Positions 11,075 through 20,407 of a stretch of DNA of 64,000 bases are shown here, piece by piece; within the stretch, counting starts at the first letter, position 1, and each line of letters starts with the position of its first letter. Made by a program: the position numbers and the translations under genes. Below the pieces are notes generated by a model. That model did not search any database. It saw only the letters and a program-made list of their open reading frames with translations, and had not been told where the DNA came from. This stretch comes from a virus (Duplodnaviria > Caudoviricetes): positions 158,082 to 222,081 of the IMG/VR virus record IMGVR_UViG_3300028549_000365; one strand, given 5' to 3'.

Positions 11075-11381
11075 AAAGATAAATGATACAGAATATTTTT
11101 CTGAAGAACCAACTAGTTTGATTAACGAAGCTAAAGAAGTGTTAGCTAGTGTGTCAGGTGATGTTAATAAGTATCCAGAGGTACTTAATAACACACTATT
11201 TAATACTATATTAAGTAGAATAGTGACTAGAGAGTTTTTTAAAGAGATAGTTTTAGAAGAGAAACAACATTATGTTACTATTAAAGTACAAGTAAATAAT
11301 AGTTTACATATAACAACTGTCGGTAAGATGATGATGGAAGAAAAAGAATATATTCTAAATGGAGTATTACAACAGTCATAA
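11064..11381 (+). CDS. Hypothetical protein
   Basis: Track ORF 11043-11381; the ATG at 11064 follows an AAAGGA RBS and is the likelier start. Confidence 0.55.
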   Translation: MGFKKINDTEYFSEEPTSLINEAKEVLASVSGDVNKYPEVLNNTLFNTILSRIVTREFFKEIVLEEKQHYVTIKVQVNNSLHITTVGKMMMEEKEYILNGVLQQS

Positions 11382-11406
11382 CTACATATCTAACGATATG
11401 TAGTTA
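11379..11406. terminator. Hairpin between convergent genes (likely bidirectional terminator)
   Basis: taactacatatc-taac-gatatgtagtta. Confidence 0.65.
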
Positions 11407-11412
11407 TGTTTT

Positions 11413-11973
11413 TTAATCGTAGTCTAAGAAATCACTAACGTTATCTTGTATCTTAGTTACAGTTACTTTACCTTCCTGCTTAGGAGCTTTACTGTATCTA
11501 TTAAATATAGCTTTCCATCTTAATAAGTAACTATCGTATTCTACATTTATTTTATTTACAGTACCAGCTAAGTTAACTGTAAGATAGTTTAATCCCTCTT
11601 CATGTATTCTATTAGCTTTTAGATTGAATGTACTTACTAGATTACCGTAATCTACTTTTAATGTATCTGTATTAGGTTTACAGTATATACCAGGAGTTGT
11701 AAACACAATGTTACCTTTATCATCTAGCACATTAACAGGGTTGTAAGGACCACCAGCTAATTCCAACCATTTAATAGTTAAAGGGTTAACTGTGTTCATT
11801 TGTCCACCAGATCTAAAATAATCTAAAAATATCTCTACGAATATTTTTTCTGGTATAGTTGATATTGATATGTCTGTAACTAATTCTCTATATAGTTCAG
11901 ATATCTGCGATATAACTTCATTCTTTTTTTGTTCAGTAACTTGGTTAGCGTACTGACTTAGTGTAGTGCTCAT
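11413..11973 (-). CDS. Conserved phiKZ-like hypothetical protein
   Basis: 186 aa; IPEKIFV..FL..F and W..LAGGPYNPV.V.D..G...FTTP motifs recalled from phiKZ-like phages. Confidence 0.55.
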   Translation of the reverse strand: MSTTLSQYANQVTEQKKNEVISQISELYRELVTDISISTIPEKIFVEIFLDYFRSGGQMNTVNPLTIKWLELAGGPYNPVNVLDDKGNIVFTTPGIYCKPNTDTLKVDYGNLVSTFNLKANRIHEEGLNYLTVNLAGTVNKINVEYDSYLLRWKAIFNRYSKAPKQEGKVTVTKIQDNVSDFLDYD

Positions 11974-11982
11974 ATTATTTCC

Positions 11983-12384
11983 TTAACTATTCATCTCTTC
12001 CATTAACTCATCAAAGTTAACAATACTATTGTTAATACTTGTTATACTTTTAGATAACATGTTCTCAACACCATTTGCATCTATAGTTTGTATATCTATA
12101 CTTATTTTATCTACTGAAGCATCACTCTCATCTATTATAACTGTAACTTCTACAGTAGGGAAATACCTACTATATAAATTATATAACGTACTAGTCATTT
12201 CTCGTTTTAAATCCAAGTTATTATCGTAGTGGTGTAACAGATATTTCATACTACTTACTAAACCATTGAATGTATTACTCTGTGAATAATCAGCAGCCAG
12301 AAAGTGTTCGAAGATCTTTATCATTATAACTGGAGACGATTCTATATATCCTTCTACTGAAAGATGTGGTATAACTACTTTCAT
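11983..12384 (-). CDS. Conserved phiKZ-like hypothetical protein
   Basis: 133 aa; VIPHLS..GY, F.AADYSQSN and LY.RYF..VEV motifs. Confidence 0.55.
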   Translation of the reverse strand: MKVVIPHLSVEGYIESSPVIMIKIFEHFLAADYSQSNTFNGLVSSMKYLLHHYDNNLDLKREMTSTLYNLYSRYFPTVEVTVIIDESDASVDKISIDIQTIDANGVENMLSKSITSINNSIVNFDELMEEMNS

Positions 12385-14138
12385 TATTCGCTCCTATTTA
12401 TATCTATTATAGTCATATCTAAATTAACTACATCATTAAATGTCGAGATGTCCAAATTATAGACTACTTCAGCATAACTTCCAGTTGTTAATATATCTTT
12501 TATATTGTTAACAGTAATATCACCGTGTGTATTAAAGTAATGCATAGATTCCAATATTTTATTAGAACTAGTTACAAACTTAACTTTAGCCATAGTTCCA
12601 AATACTAATATACTATAGATCTTTAGTTTACTAAAATAAACTGGTTTCTTCCAATCTTTACCATACGGTGCTAACCTGTTAAGTTCCGATACGACGTATG
12701 GGGATATATCATCACTGTTTAATTTAATATCGTATTTAACATTACGCTCAGTTTCTATCCCAGTAACTTCACTAACATGTTTGTCAAACAACATTTTAAA
12801 TTGTTCTAAACCATCTTTTTTAATAGTTATACCAGCTGCTAACTCGTGCCCCCCGTATTTAATAACTATGTCAGACTCTTTGGCTATTTTACCATATATC
12901 TCTTCTAAGTTAATTCCAGATATAATACCTCTTCCGCTACCAGCTAATATATCACTATCTTTATTGTCCAAGAAACAAACACTAGGTTTATAATATCGCT
13001 CACCTATGTTTCCAGATATAATTCCGTTAATAGCATATTCTGTGTTTATAACAGTAACTATAGAGTTAGTGTATTCAGACTCTTGTACTTGTTTTATAAC
13101 ATCTTTTAGTGCTGCTTTCTGTGTAGTCTTTTTAAGAATATTCAGGTCAAATAGTTTTTTAGCGTATAACATACAGTCATCATAGTTCTCACTAACTAAT
13201 ATAGAAAATGCTAATCCTTCTCTATCTACTCTGTTAGCTGCGTTTATTAACGGAGCTAGTTTATAGCCTATATCGTTAGTGTTGATAGTGTTATGTATTT
13301 GCAGTAATCTTTTCATAACTAACCACACTGGGTTAGTGAGTTTATTCATCTCTCTTAAACCAAGTTTTATAACTTGTCTATTGATAGGATGGCTTAATGA
13401 CATAACGTCAGATACTGTCGAAAATGCTACATATGGTAATAGCTTATCTAAATCACTTACGGTGTATGTGTCGTTAAGATGCATAAGAGTTGACAACATA
13501 GTTACGTATCCTACGAAACACCCGCTAACATCTTTATAGTATTCGCTATCAACTCTATGTGGGTTAACAACAAAATCAGCATTTATAGGATAATTATCCT
13601 CTGGTATCTTATGGTGGTCGGTAAGCACTATGTGTTTAATACCATGTGATTTTAAAACACCATATGCTTCATTATCACTACTACCGTGATCATATATTAT
13701 CATAACATCTATAGGCCATTCTTTATTAAGTTCTATAATATTGTTAATAAAATGTTTACTAAAACCTGTTCCTGTACGTCTTCTATTAACCATAGTAACA
13801 AATTTATCTTTTGGTACATTAAAGATATCTCTAAACGCTACGTGTGCTACCGCAGCACTATTAACTCCATCAGCGTCAAAGTCACATGCATGTAATATGT
13901 TCTTACCGTCTTTTATAGCTTTAGCTATGAACTTACCAGCCTCCATTACATCTGGAAGTTTATGTAAGTTTTTAATAGGGTCGAACTTACTATTTAATAC
14001 ATCTGTATAGTTGTAGCTAAACTCTTCTATCTTACCTATATCTATCCTTGAACTAAGTACTTTAGCTTGTAGCTTAGTTAATGTGTTAAAACAATCAGGT
14101 AACTGAATACCTGAGTTCTCCTTATATCTATTTTCCAT
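12384..14138 (-). CDS. recJ: RecJ-like DHH-family ssDNA 5'-3' exonuclease
   Basis: DFDADG, DHG, TDHH, VSDVM, APLINAANR, GSGR and GGH.AAG motifs; 584 aa. Confidence 0.9.
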   Translation of the reverse strand: MENRYKENSGIQLPDCFNTLTKLQAKVLSSRIDIGKIEEFSYNYTDVLNSKFDPIKNLHKLPDVMEAGKFIAKAIKDGKNILHACDFDADGVNSAAVAHVAFRDIFNVPKDKFVTMVNRRRTGTGFSKHFINNIIELNKEWPIDVMIIYDHGSSDNEAYGVLKSHGIKHIVLTDHHKIPEDNYPINADFVVNPHRVDSEYYKDVSGCFVGYVTMLSTLMHLNDTYTVSDLDKLLPYVAFSTVSDVMSLSHPINRQVIKLGLREMNKLTNPVWLVMKRLLQIHNTINTNDIGYKLAPLINAANRVDREGLAFSILVSENYDDCMLYAKKLFDLNILKKTTQKAALKDVIKQVQESEYTNSIVTVINTEYAINGIISGNIGERYYKPSVCFLDNKDSDILAGSGRGIISGINLEEIYGKIAKESDIVIKYGGHELAAGITIKKDGLEQFKMLFDKHVSEVTGIETERNVKYDIKLNSDDISPYVVSELNRLAPYGKDWKKPVYFSKLKIYSILVFGTMAKVKFVTSSNKILESMHYFNTHGDITVNNIKDILTTGSYAEVVYNLDISTFNDVVNLDMTIIDINRSE

Positions 14139-14234
14139 AATGAACCTTTATTTATTTTTTCTATTCAAAAATTAGGGTGGATTCAAATTTTTAAACATCT
14201 ATTTTCTGATTAAACAAGATTAAAGGATTAGCAA

Positions 14235-14816
14235 ATGAAGATAATAAAAATAGCAGGGACTGAAACACAATACGTATCTACTGAAATATTTACGTCGAAT
14301 AGAGATGAAAAATTTCATAATATAAAACATGGAACATACGGTAAAGCCCTATGGATGTTATCGTTAAGTTTATGTAGCAAAACATTTCCGGTTATTTTAG
14401 ATACCACTCTAGAGCTTATTGATGATAATTATATATTAAAACAAATATTTGGTAAAGGACATCAACCAGTTAAAGATAGTAGAGGTAATGAACTTTATGT
14501 TGTTAAACAAGATAATATGGCACACCATAGGAATGATGTGTTAGTGCTATGGGAACCTGTTTTTACAGATATAGTTAAGTTGTCATATACAATATCAGGA
14601 AAAGTTAATGAGATAGGTGTTGGTTACACTGGTAAGTCTAGAATAGGTAAAGAAGTTGTTATACCTGTACCTATGTTGGAAGTTATAGGTGATTGTACAT
14701 TATCTTGGATCGGTAATGATATAGATGGTAATACTTACACGCAAGTAATTAAATATAATTACGCTAGAAAAATATGGGATATAGGTTTACCTACACGATT
14801 AGTTAATAAGGAATAA
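14235..14816 (+). CDS. Hypothetical protein
   Basis: 193 aa ORF with AAAGGA RBS. Confidence 0.7.
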   Translation: MKIIKIAGTETQYVSTEIFTSNRDEKFHNIKHGTYGKALWMLSLSLCSKTFPVILDTTLELIDDNYILKQIFGKGHQPVKDSRGNELYVVKQDNMAHHRNDVLVLWEPVFTDIVKLSYTISGKVNEIGVGYTGKSRIGKEVVIPVPMLEVIGDCTLSWIGNDIDGNTYTQVIKYNYARKIWDIGLPTRLVNKE

Positions 14817-14817
14817 T

Positions 14818-16026
14818 ATGTATAAAGATATAAAGGATGTTCTAGATGAACATTACAAACATTTAAAATTCGATGCTAAGCTTTATAAACAACTTAAAGT
14901 GTTTAGAGTAGCTTGGATGCAAAAATCTCCAGAGTATATAGAATTTCTAGGAGGTAAGACATTGGGTGTTCAACCTATACGTTTTTCAACTAGAGATGAC
15001 GAAATGTTATTTAACGATATACTTGGAATAGATTTAGCTATTTTAAAAACAGAGTTATATAAAGTAGACGGTATAAATCCGGCGTGGAAAGTATCTAGTA
15101 ATCCTGTGTACTTGTCAATATTTTATTTAATGTATAAGTATTATACTACTAACAATTTATCTGTTAAAGAACAACACGATGTTATAACAGAACAGAATCT
15201 TATTTTTTCTTATAAAGTTATAGGAAGTCTAGTAGCTCATTACTTCGGATATAACGCTAGTGAAGTTATAGCTAAAGCAACTTTAGAGAGATTATCTAAC
15301 AAGTTTCTTATTAAGAAATTAGATAACTGGCAAGAGTTGTTTGTATTTAGGACTAATGATTTTTTACCAAAAGGATTACATTACGATAAACTACATGTCT
15401 ATACAACTGATGACGCAGTTAGAATAGTTAATGACGCACAAGGTAGGATAAGAGATATAGTTAAGAACATATATGAAGTTATGATACAAGTTATAGACAC
15501 TAATGATATGACTGTATCTACAACGCTATTAGAAGAAACAGAAGATGGTGTTTCCACTAAAGCTATTACTGAGCGACCTGATAAGTATATTGTTTATATA
15601 AGAAGTATTTACGGTATAAGATCAGAATTTGTAAATGACGATTACATATATTTATTACAATCTATTATACCTAATATAGATAAAGGAGTTTTAACGGACA
15701 CACTTATTTATATGTCAGAACATGTAGATATAAAAATTGATAGCGATGAAGATTTCCTTAATATATCAATAATGAAAACTATAAGTTATATAAACAGCAA
15801 AGGTATAAATACTGACTATAATAGTAGAATAGTAGAGATACTTAAACATATGAAGAATTATTGGACTAGTAGTTCTGTTAAAGATAAAGAGATACGAGTT
15901 ACAAAAGATAATATATCTAAGATAGTTGTAAAAGCTACTAATAAAAAAACTAAATGGTTAGTTGCTATAACAACTGTTGGTGTTATGTTGTATATATTTT
16001 TAAGAGCATTAATGAAGAACAGATAG
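14818..16026 (+). CDS. Conserved phiKZ-like protein, probably virion-associated
   Basis: 402 aa; FLGG..LGV..IRF, WKVSSNP, LSNKFLIK..W and ND.QGRIRD motifs. Confidence 0.5.
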   Translation: MYKDIKDVLDEHYKHLKFDAKLYKQLKVFRVAWMQKSPEYIEFLGGKTLGVQPIRFSTRDDEMLFNDILGIDLAILKTELYKVDGINPAWKVSSNPVYLSIFYLMYKYYTTNNLSVKEQHDVITEQNLIFSYKVIGSLVAHYFGYNASEVIAKATLERLSNKFLIKKLDNWQELFVFRTNDFLPKGLHYDKLHVYTTDDAVRIVNDAQGRIRDIVKNIYEVMIQVIDTNDMTVSTTLLEETEDGVSTKAITERPDKYIVYIRSIYGIRSEFVNDDYIYLLQSIIPNIDKGVLTDTLIYMSEHVDIKIDSDEDFLNISIMKTISYINSKGINTDYNSRIVEILKHMKNYWTSSSVKDKEIRVTKDNISKIVVKATNKKTKWLVAITTVGVMLYIFLRALMKNR

Positions 16027-16047
16027 AGCTATATAGCTCTATCTGTT
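16018..16047. terminator. 30-nt perfect palindrome at gene end (terminator-like)
   Basis: aacagatagagctat|atagctctatctgtt overlapping the stop of 14818-16026. Confidence 0.6.
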
Positions 16048-16067
16048 AACTGCGTTTTATTTTAGCC

Positions 16068-16085
16068 CTATATTATAATATTAGG
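16068..16085 (+). promoter_or_regulatory. TATATTAT early-promoter-like motif (degenerate copy)
   Basis: ctatattataatattagg upstream of 16105; resembles the recurring CATATATTAT motif. Confidence 0.4.
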
Positions 16086-16104
16086 TATATGTATAATATT
16101 ATAC

Positions 16105-16653
16105 ATGTATACTAAACCACAAGGAATGGACATGGTCACAATAGGAATTATCTGTTTAGTAGTTGTTATGTTAGTTGTTTTACTTATTAATAGTATGACA
16201 CAAAGTATATCGAGAGATATAGATTATAACAATAGAATACTAAAGTTATGGATTAACAAACAAGATAAAATAGGTGTATACGAAACAAAATGTGAGTATT
16301 TAAAAATTAGATTACTCGATAGATTTAAGTATGTAAGTATAGTTAAGAATGATACGTTCACTATATATTTAACAGTTGATGGTCGTGTTAAAATTATAGG
16401 CGGTGTTAAAGATACCATTATAAATGGTATAGAAGGTTGTAAAGGAGTGTATATCGATTATGAAGGTAAACCTATTATGTTAATGAAGAACGGAAGTTTA
16501 CATACGATAGCACTTAATAAGAACAGTGATAAACTTATAGCTGAACGTTTGACTAATTATAGTAATAGATTCGCTAAGTATATTACTAAGGCTGACATTA
16601 AATTGTTTGGAGTTGTTTTAAAGAATAAGTTCCATAAATATAAGAGCGCGTGA
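16105..16653 (+). CDS. Hypothetical membrane-anchored protein
   Basis: 182 aa; N-terminal hydrophobic helix IGIICLVVVMLVVLLI. Confidence 0.6.
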   Translation: MYTKPQGMDMVTIGIICLVVVMLVVLLINSMTQSISRDIDYNNRILKLWINKQDKIGVYETKCEYLKIRLLDRFKYVSIVKNDTFTIYLTVDGRVKIIGGVKDTIINGIEGCKGVYIDYEGKPIMLMKNGSLHTIALNKNSDKLIAERLTNYSNRFAKYITKADIKLFGVVLKNKFHKYKSA

Positions 16654-16671
16654 ACATATAACTTATACTAA

Positions 16672-16708
16672 TAACACTATAGCTACCTAATAGGTAGCTA
16701 TAGTGTTA
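16672..16708. terminator. Long hairpin between convergent genes
   Basis: 18-bp inverted repeat taacactatagctaccta-a-taggtagctatagtgtta. Confidence 0.7.
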
Positions 16709-17659
16709 GGCTCTAAATAAGTTGTCTCTTATGTAGCTATTTATTTGTTTAACGTAATCATCGTTACCTATTCTTTTTTTGTTATTTTCTATAATAGAAG
16801 CTAATTGAGTTCTTTTATAACTCTTATTATCACAGTTAACATAAATCAATGTCATCATAGTAGGTATGTGTTCCAAAGCCATTATCAATGTTTCACTATT
16901 ACCATGTCCGTACCAAGTGTTAGCTATATTGTTAACTAATGTATCTACTGTTATAAATACACTCTTAGCTTCAGGTAGTACAGTTTTAATGTTGTAAATA
17001 AGATCGCTTATAGAGGTTACTTCGTTATTAAGTTTGCTAAGTATGCTTTCTATAACACTATTTGTTAACGATAGTGAATAGTTGGACTTTAATATACGAC
17101 CAGTTATAGCTGCTTCCATGTTTTTTACTTCGTCTTGCTCAACTAGCATGTAGTTAACATAATGTGTTATAACTACTTCTAAATAAGCTTTTTCAACAGG
17201 ATCTAAACCAACTATACCGTTCATAGCGTTAACTATCCAAGCACACATTGCTGAACTTATAGACTTATATAAGTTTCTGTGTAAACCTATTCTATTGTCT
17301 ATAAAGTCTCTAGTTAACATAGCTCTAAGTGTAACAAACTCTACACCATTAGAATCTCTTATTATATCACTTATATTTAAAGCTAATTCATCTTTAGCAA
17401 AAACATATTTTCTTAAATCACTTACTATTAAAGTATTACCTCGCATATCTTTAATTACAACAGGATGATCCCATATAGGTAAGTTCTTCTCTTCTAAATT
17501 ATATCCTGTTATATATATAATTTTAGTTGTTCCAGTGTTAGCGTATTCGTATGATAAGTTATCATCGTTACGTGCCAAATATGATAGTAACTCAGTCTCT
17601 ATTTTTTTAATAGCGATTAACTTACCGTACGTTGTTGTATATGCATTAGTTATCAACAT
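16706..17659 (-). CDS. Conserved phiKZ-like hypothetical protein
   Basis: 317 aa; P.WDHPVV, D.R.Y and ALEHIPT motifs. Confidence 0.55.
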   Translation of the reverse strand: MLITNAYTTTYGKLIAIKKIETELLSYLARNDDNLSYEYANTGTTKIIYITGYNLEEKNLPIWDHPVVIKDMRGNTLIVSDLRKYVFAKDELALNISDIIRDSNGVEFVTLRAMLTRDFIDNRIGLHRNLYKSISSAMCAWIVNAMNGIVGLDPVEKAYLEVVITHYVNYMLVEQDEVKNMEAAITGRILKSNYSLSLTNSVIESILSKLNNEVTSISDLIYNIKTVLPEAKSVFITVDTLVNNIANTWYGHGNSETLIMALEHIPTMMTLIYVNCDNKSYKRTQLASIIENNKKRIGNDDYVKQINSYIRDNLFRA

Positions 17660-17732
17660 TGTTATCCTTAGTATTAGTGTATTAAATCAAATAATTGAAA
17701 TTTTTTATTTTCTTTGAGTATAAGGAGTTATA

Positions 17733-18080
17733 ATGGCTAGATTTGAAATAAACGATTATATGGATATTGGTACTATTGGTTACCACGATGCTACTACTTG
17801 GGAGGTGGCTTTAGATGAGGAATTCACACAAGTAATAGATACCAGTGTACACGATTTTGTAAACGTTACTACATGGAATAGTCCATTACCAGTTATAAAC
17901 GGAGAAGGTGTATATAAAGATTTAGATAAACTCTACTTAAGAGTTAAGATACATATAGGCGACACTACATCACCTTGGTACGTAGCTGAATATAAGAATC
18001 AAAATAAACAAATAGTAAACTTTGTAGAAAACGACGAGATTGTGGAATCAGTTGATTCATTAGAGATAGGATTTAATTAA
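17733..18080 (+). CDS. Small Fn3/Ig-like virion protein
   Basis: HDATTWEVA.D..F and LYLRVKIH motifs, shared with the N-terminus of the next gene. Confidence 0.5.
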   Translation: MARFEINDYMDIGTIGYHDATTWEVALDEEFTQVIDTSVHDFVNVTTWNSPLPVINGEGVYKDLDKLYLRVKIHIGDTTSPWYVAEYKNQNKQIVNFVENDEIVESVDSLEIGFN

Positions 18081-18094
18081 AATAAGGAATAAGT

Positions 18095-20398
18095 ATGCGA
18101 AAAATAAGCATGGGTATAGATGCTCCAGCGATAACACCTGGAAGCGGAATAATACATATATCTACTAGTTGGCAGGTTTCTAAAATACCTGATTTTACTA
18201 AACAAGAGTATATAGTAGTTGAGTCGTTAAATGACGAACTCAATTTATTATCGTATAAATTTAGATATGATATAAAACCAAATGAGCCGTTGTATCTAAG
18301 AACTAAGATACATTTTAACAATGACTTAGAGTTTGAATGGTCTAAGATAGTTCCATTACATTCAGATCAAATAGGTATAAAACTGTCTTCTACTGTTATT
18401 AACACACCTAGATTAGAGGTTAATCTTTCGTTTAGTAATAATCTAAATGGATATATAACAGTGAATACATCAATTATGTCATTATATGGTGGTGCTGGTG
18501 TGCATAATAGTACATCGTGGTTTATAGCTGATACTGATGGTAAAGTTGTTTTTGATAGACAAAAAGATCTTAACAACTTAACTACTATTAAGTTACCAGT
18601 TAAAATTTTCGACAAGAATAAAATATACACTATAAAAGCAAGACATCATACTGATACTAATGCAGATAGTAATTATGGTGTGGCTTTATATTCTACAGCT
18701 ACAGGCGGTGGTGAGCTGTTTAACTTAACAACACCTTATCAACTAGTTACAAAAAGATTTCTGTATTTTGATTTGAAACTATATACAACTAAGTTTAAAC
18801 ATATTGATATTATAATAACGGATGAGTATAATAATATTATTTGTTACAACAATGAACAAGTAACTAGAACACCTAGAATATTTACAGGTGATCTTAATAC
18901 TAATAATACGTATACAGTTAAGGCTAGAATAAAACTAACAGATGGTACTGAGACAGAGTATAGAACTATATTAAAATCTAGTAAACACGAGAATACATTA
19001 ATATCAAAATTGAATATACCATATTTAAATAAACAATCATACCAACAAGGTATAATGTTAAATGGTTTAACAGCACAATCATCACAAGAGTTCTATACTG
19101 GAACTATATTGTTAGGAAAACAAAATACTGATATTGTTTATAGATACAACATTGTAAATAATAAGTTAGTAGAAAAGGGACAAGCATTCACACTAGGAGG
19201 TGGTAGTGATATTTCTACATTACCTTATCTAAACATAGTTCCTTTACATAACGGTAGAGTATTAGTAGATTATTCTATAGAGAAAGTTAATGAAGAGTTA
19301 GGGGTAAGTGCGTTTAAAGTGTTTGAGTATAATGCTATCACACATGAGTTTACGGAATTACATTCTATAGTTAGAAATAATGAAAGATATTCAACAGGTG
19401 TTTCTGCGTCGACAGCACCTATGTTAAATAATAAGGTTTACTATATACCTAGTTTAATATCTGATAATAATGATAACTTACAACTCTTGACACTTATGTG
19501 TTATGATACTGAAACAAATATAATTACTGAAATTAGTGAATTACCAGAAAACATAAAAAGATATGGTAATTTAGTTAAATTATCAGAAGATAAACTTATG
19601 TTTCTAGGTGGAGTACTTGAAAGAGATATTGATGTATATGAAGATATTTATACAAGAGTAAACAACTATGTTTACACATACACTATTTCTACAAACGAAT
19701 GGGAAACTGTAGGTACATTAAGTGATATTATACCTAGTTCAGTTTATAACTTACAAGTTTATGAACGAAGAGATAATAAGATAGTGTTATTTAATGCTAG
19801 TCCGTATGGTGAAATAGTTAAAGATCAGAGTGTTTACACTATAGATCTAACTTCTTACGCTGTAGAGAAACATGATGATACAATTATTGATGATTTACCA
19901 TACCAAACGTCTATATTACTTAGAAGAGGTGATGTATTACGTATCTCAGCTAGAGCGTTAGACCCACAGAAAGTAAGTAGATATGTATCTAATACTATGA
20001 ACGATATAGATATCATGTTTAACAATACTGTGATGAATCCATTAGACTTAATGATACAACCTGGTACAACAGTTACTATAGAATCGCCTTATGTTTATAA
20101 TTCAGTTAAAGTTCTAGGTACTACATATGAAGACAGCGGTTTGCTAAGATGGGTATACGATGATGAAGTTAGGGAGTTTACATTTAGAGATTTATTAGTA
20201 ACAAGAAGTAGAACAGATATTATTGATCATTATCTACCTAATGAAGGTTGGGACACAATAACACTATTAGACGGTGTTGATTACACAGTTACTAACGCGT
20301 TATATGTACCTCAGGGTATTGAACACACAGCTACAGCTCCTATGGAATTAGACGAGATAGTAATTGGTGAAAACGGTGAGTTAACTATTACGTATTAA
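18095..20398 (+). CDS. Virion protein with Fn3/Ig-like domains and a kelch-like beta-propeller
   Basis: Two H.ST.W domains (HISTSWQV, HNSTSWFI); kelch-like blades such as KLMFLGG...YTYTISTNEWETVGTL. Confidence 0.55.
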   Translation: MRKISMGIDAPAITPGSGIIHISTSWQVSKIPDFTKQEYIVVESLNDELNLLSYKFRYDIKPNEPLYLRTKIHFNNDLEFEWSKIVPLHSDQIGIKLSSTVINTPRLEVNLSFSNNLNGYITVNTSIMSLYGGAGVHNSTSWFIADTDGKVVFDRQKDLNNLTTIKLPVKIFDKNKIYTIKARHHTDTNADSNYGVALYSTATGGGELFNLTTPYQLVTKRFLYFDLKLYTTKFKHIDIIITDEYNNIICYNNEQVTRTPRIFTGDLNTNNTYTVKARIKLTDGTETEYRTILKSSKHENTLISKLNIPYLNKQSYQQGIMLNGLTAQSSQEFYTGTILLGKQNTDIVYRYNIVNNKLVEKGQAFTLGGGSDISTLPYLNIVPLHNGRVLVDYSIEKVNEELGVSAFKVFEYNAITHEFTELHSIVRNNERYSTGVSASTAPMLNNKVYYIPSLISDNNDNLQLLTLMCYDTETNIITEISELPENIKRYGNLVKLSEDKLMFLGGVLERDIDVYEDIYTRVNNYVYTYTISTNEWETVGTLSDIIPSSVYNLQVYERRDNKIVLFNASPYGEIVKDQSVYTIDLTSYAVEKHDDTIIDDLPYQTSILLRRGDVLRISARALDPQKVSRYVSNTMNDIDIMFNNTVMNPLDLMIQPGTTVTIESPYVYNSVKVLGTTYEDSGLLRWVYDDEVREFTFRDLLVTRSRTDIIDHYLPNEGWDTITLLDGVDYTVTNALYVPQGIEHTATAPMELDEIVIGENGELTITY

Positions 20399-20407
20399 GG
20401 ATTTATT

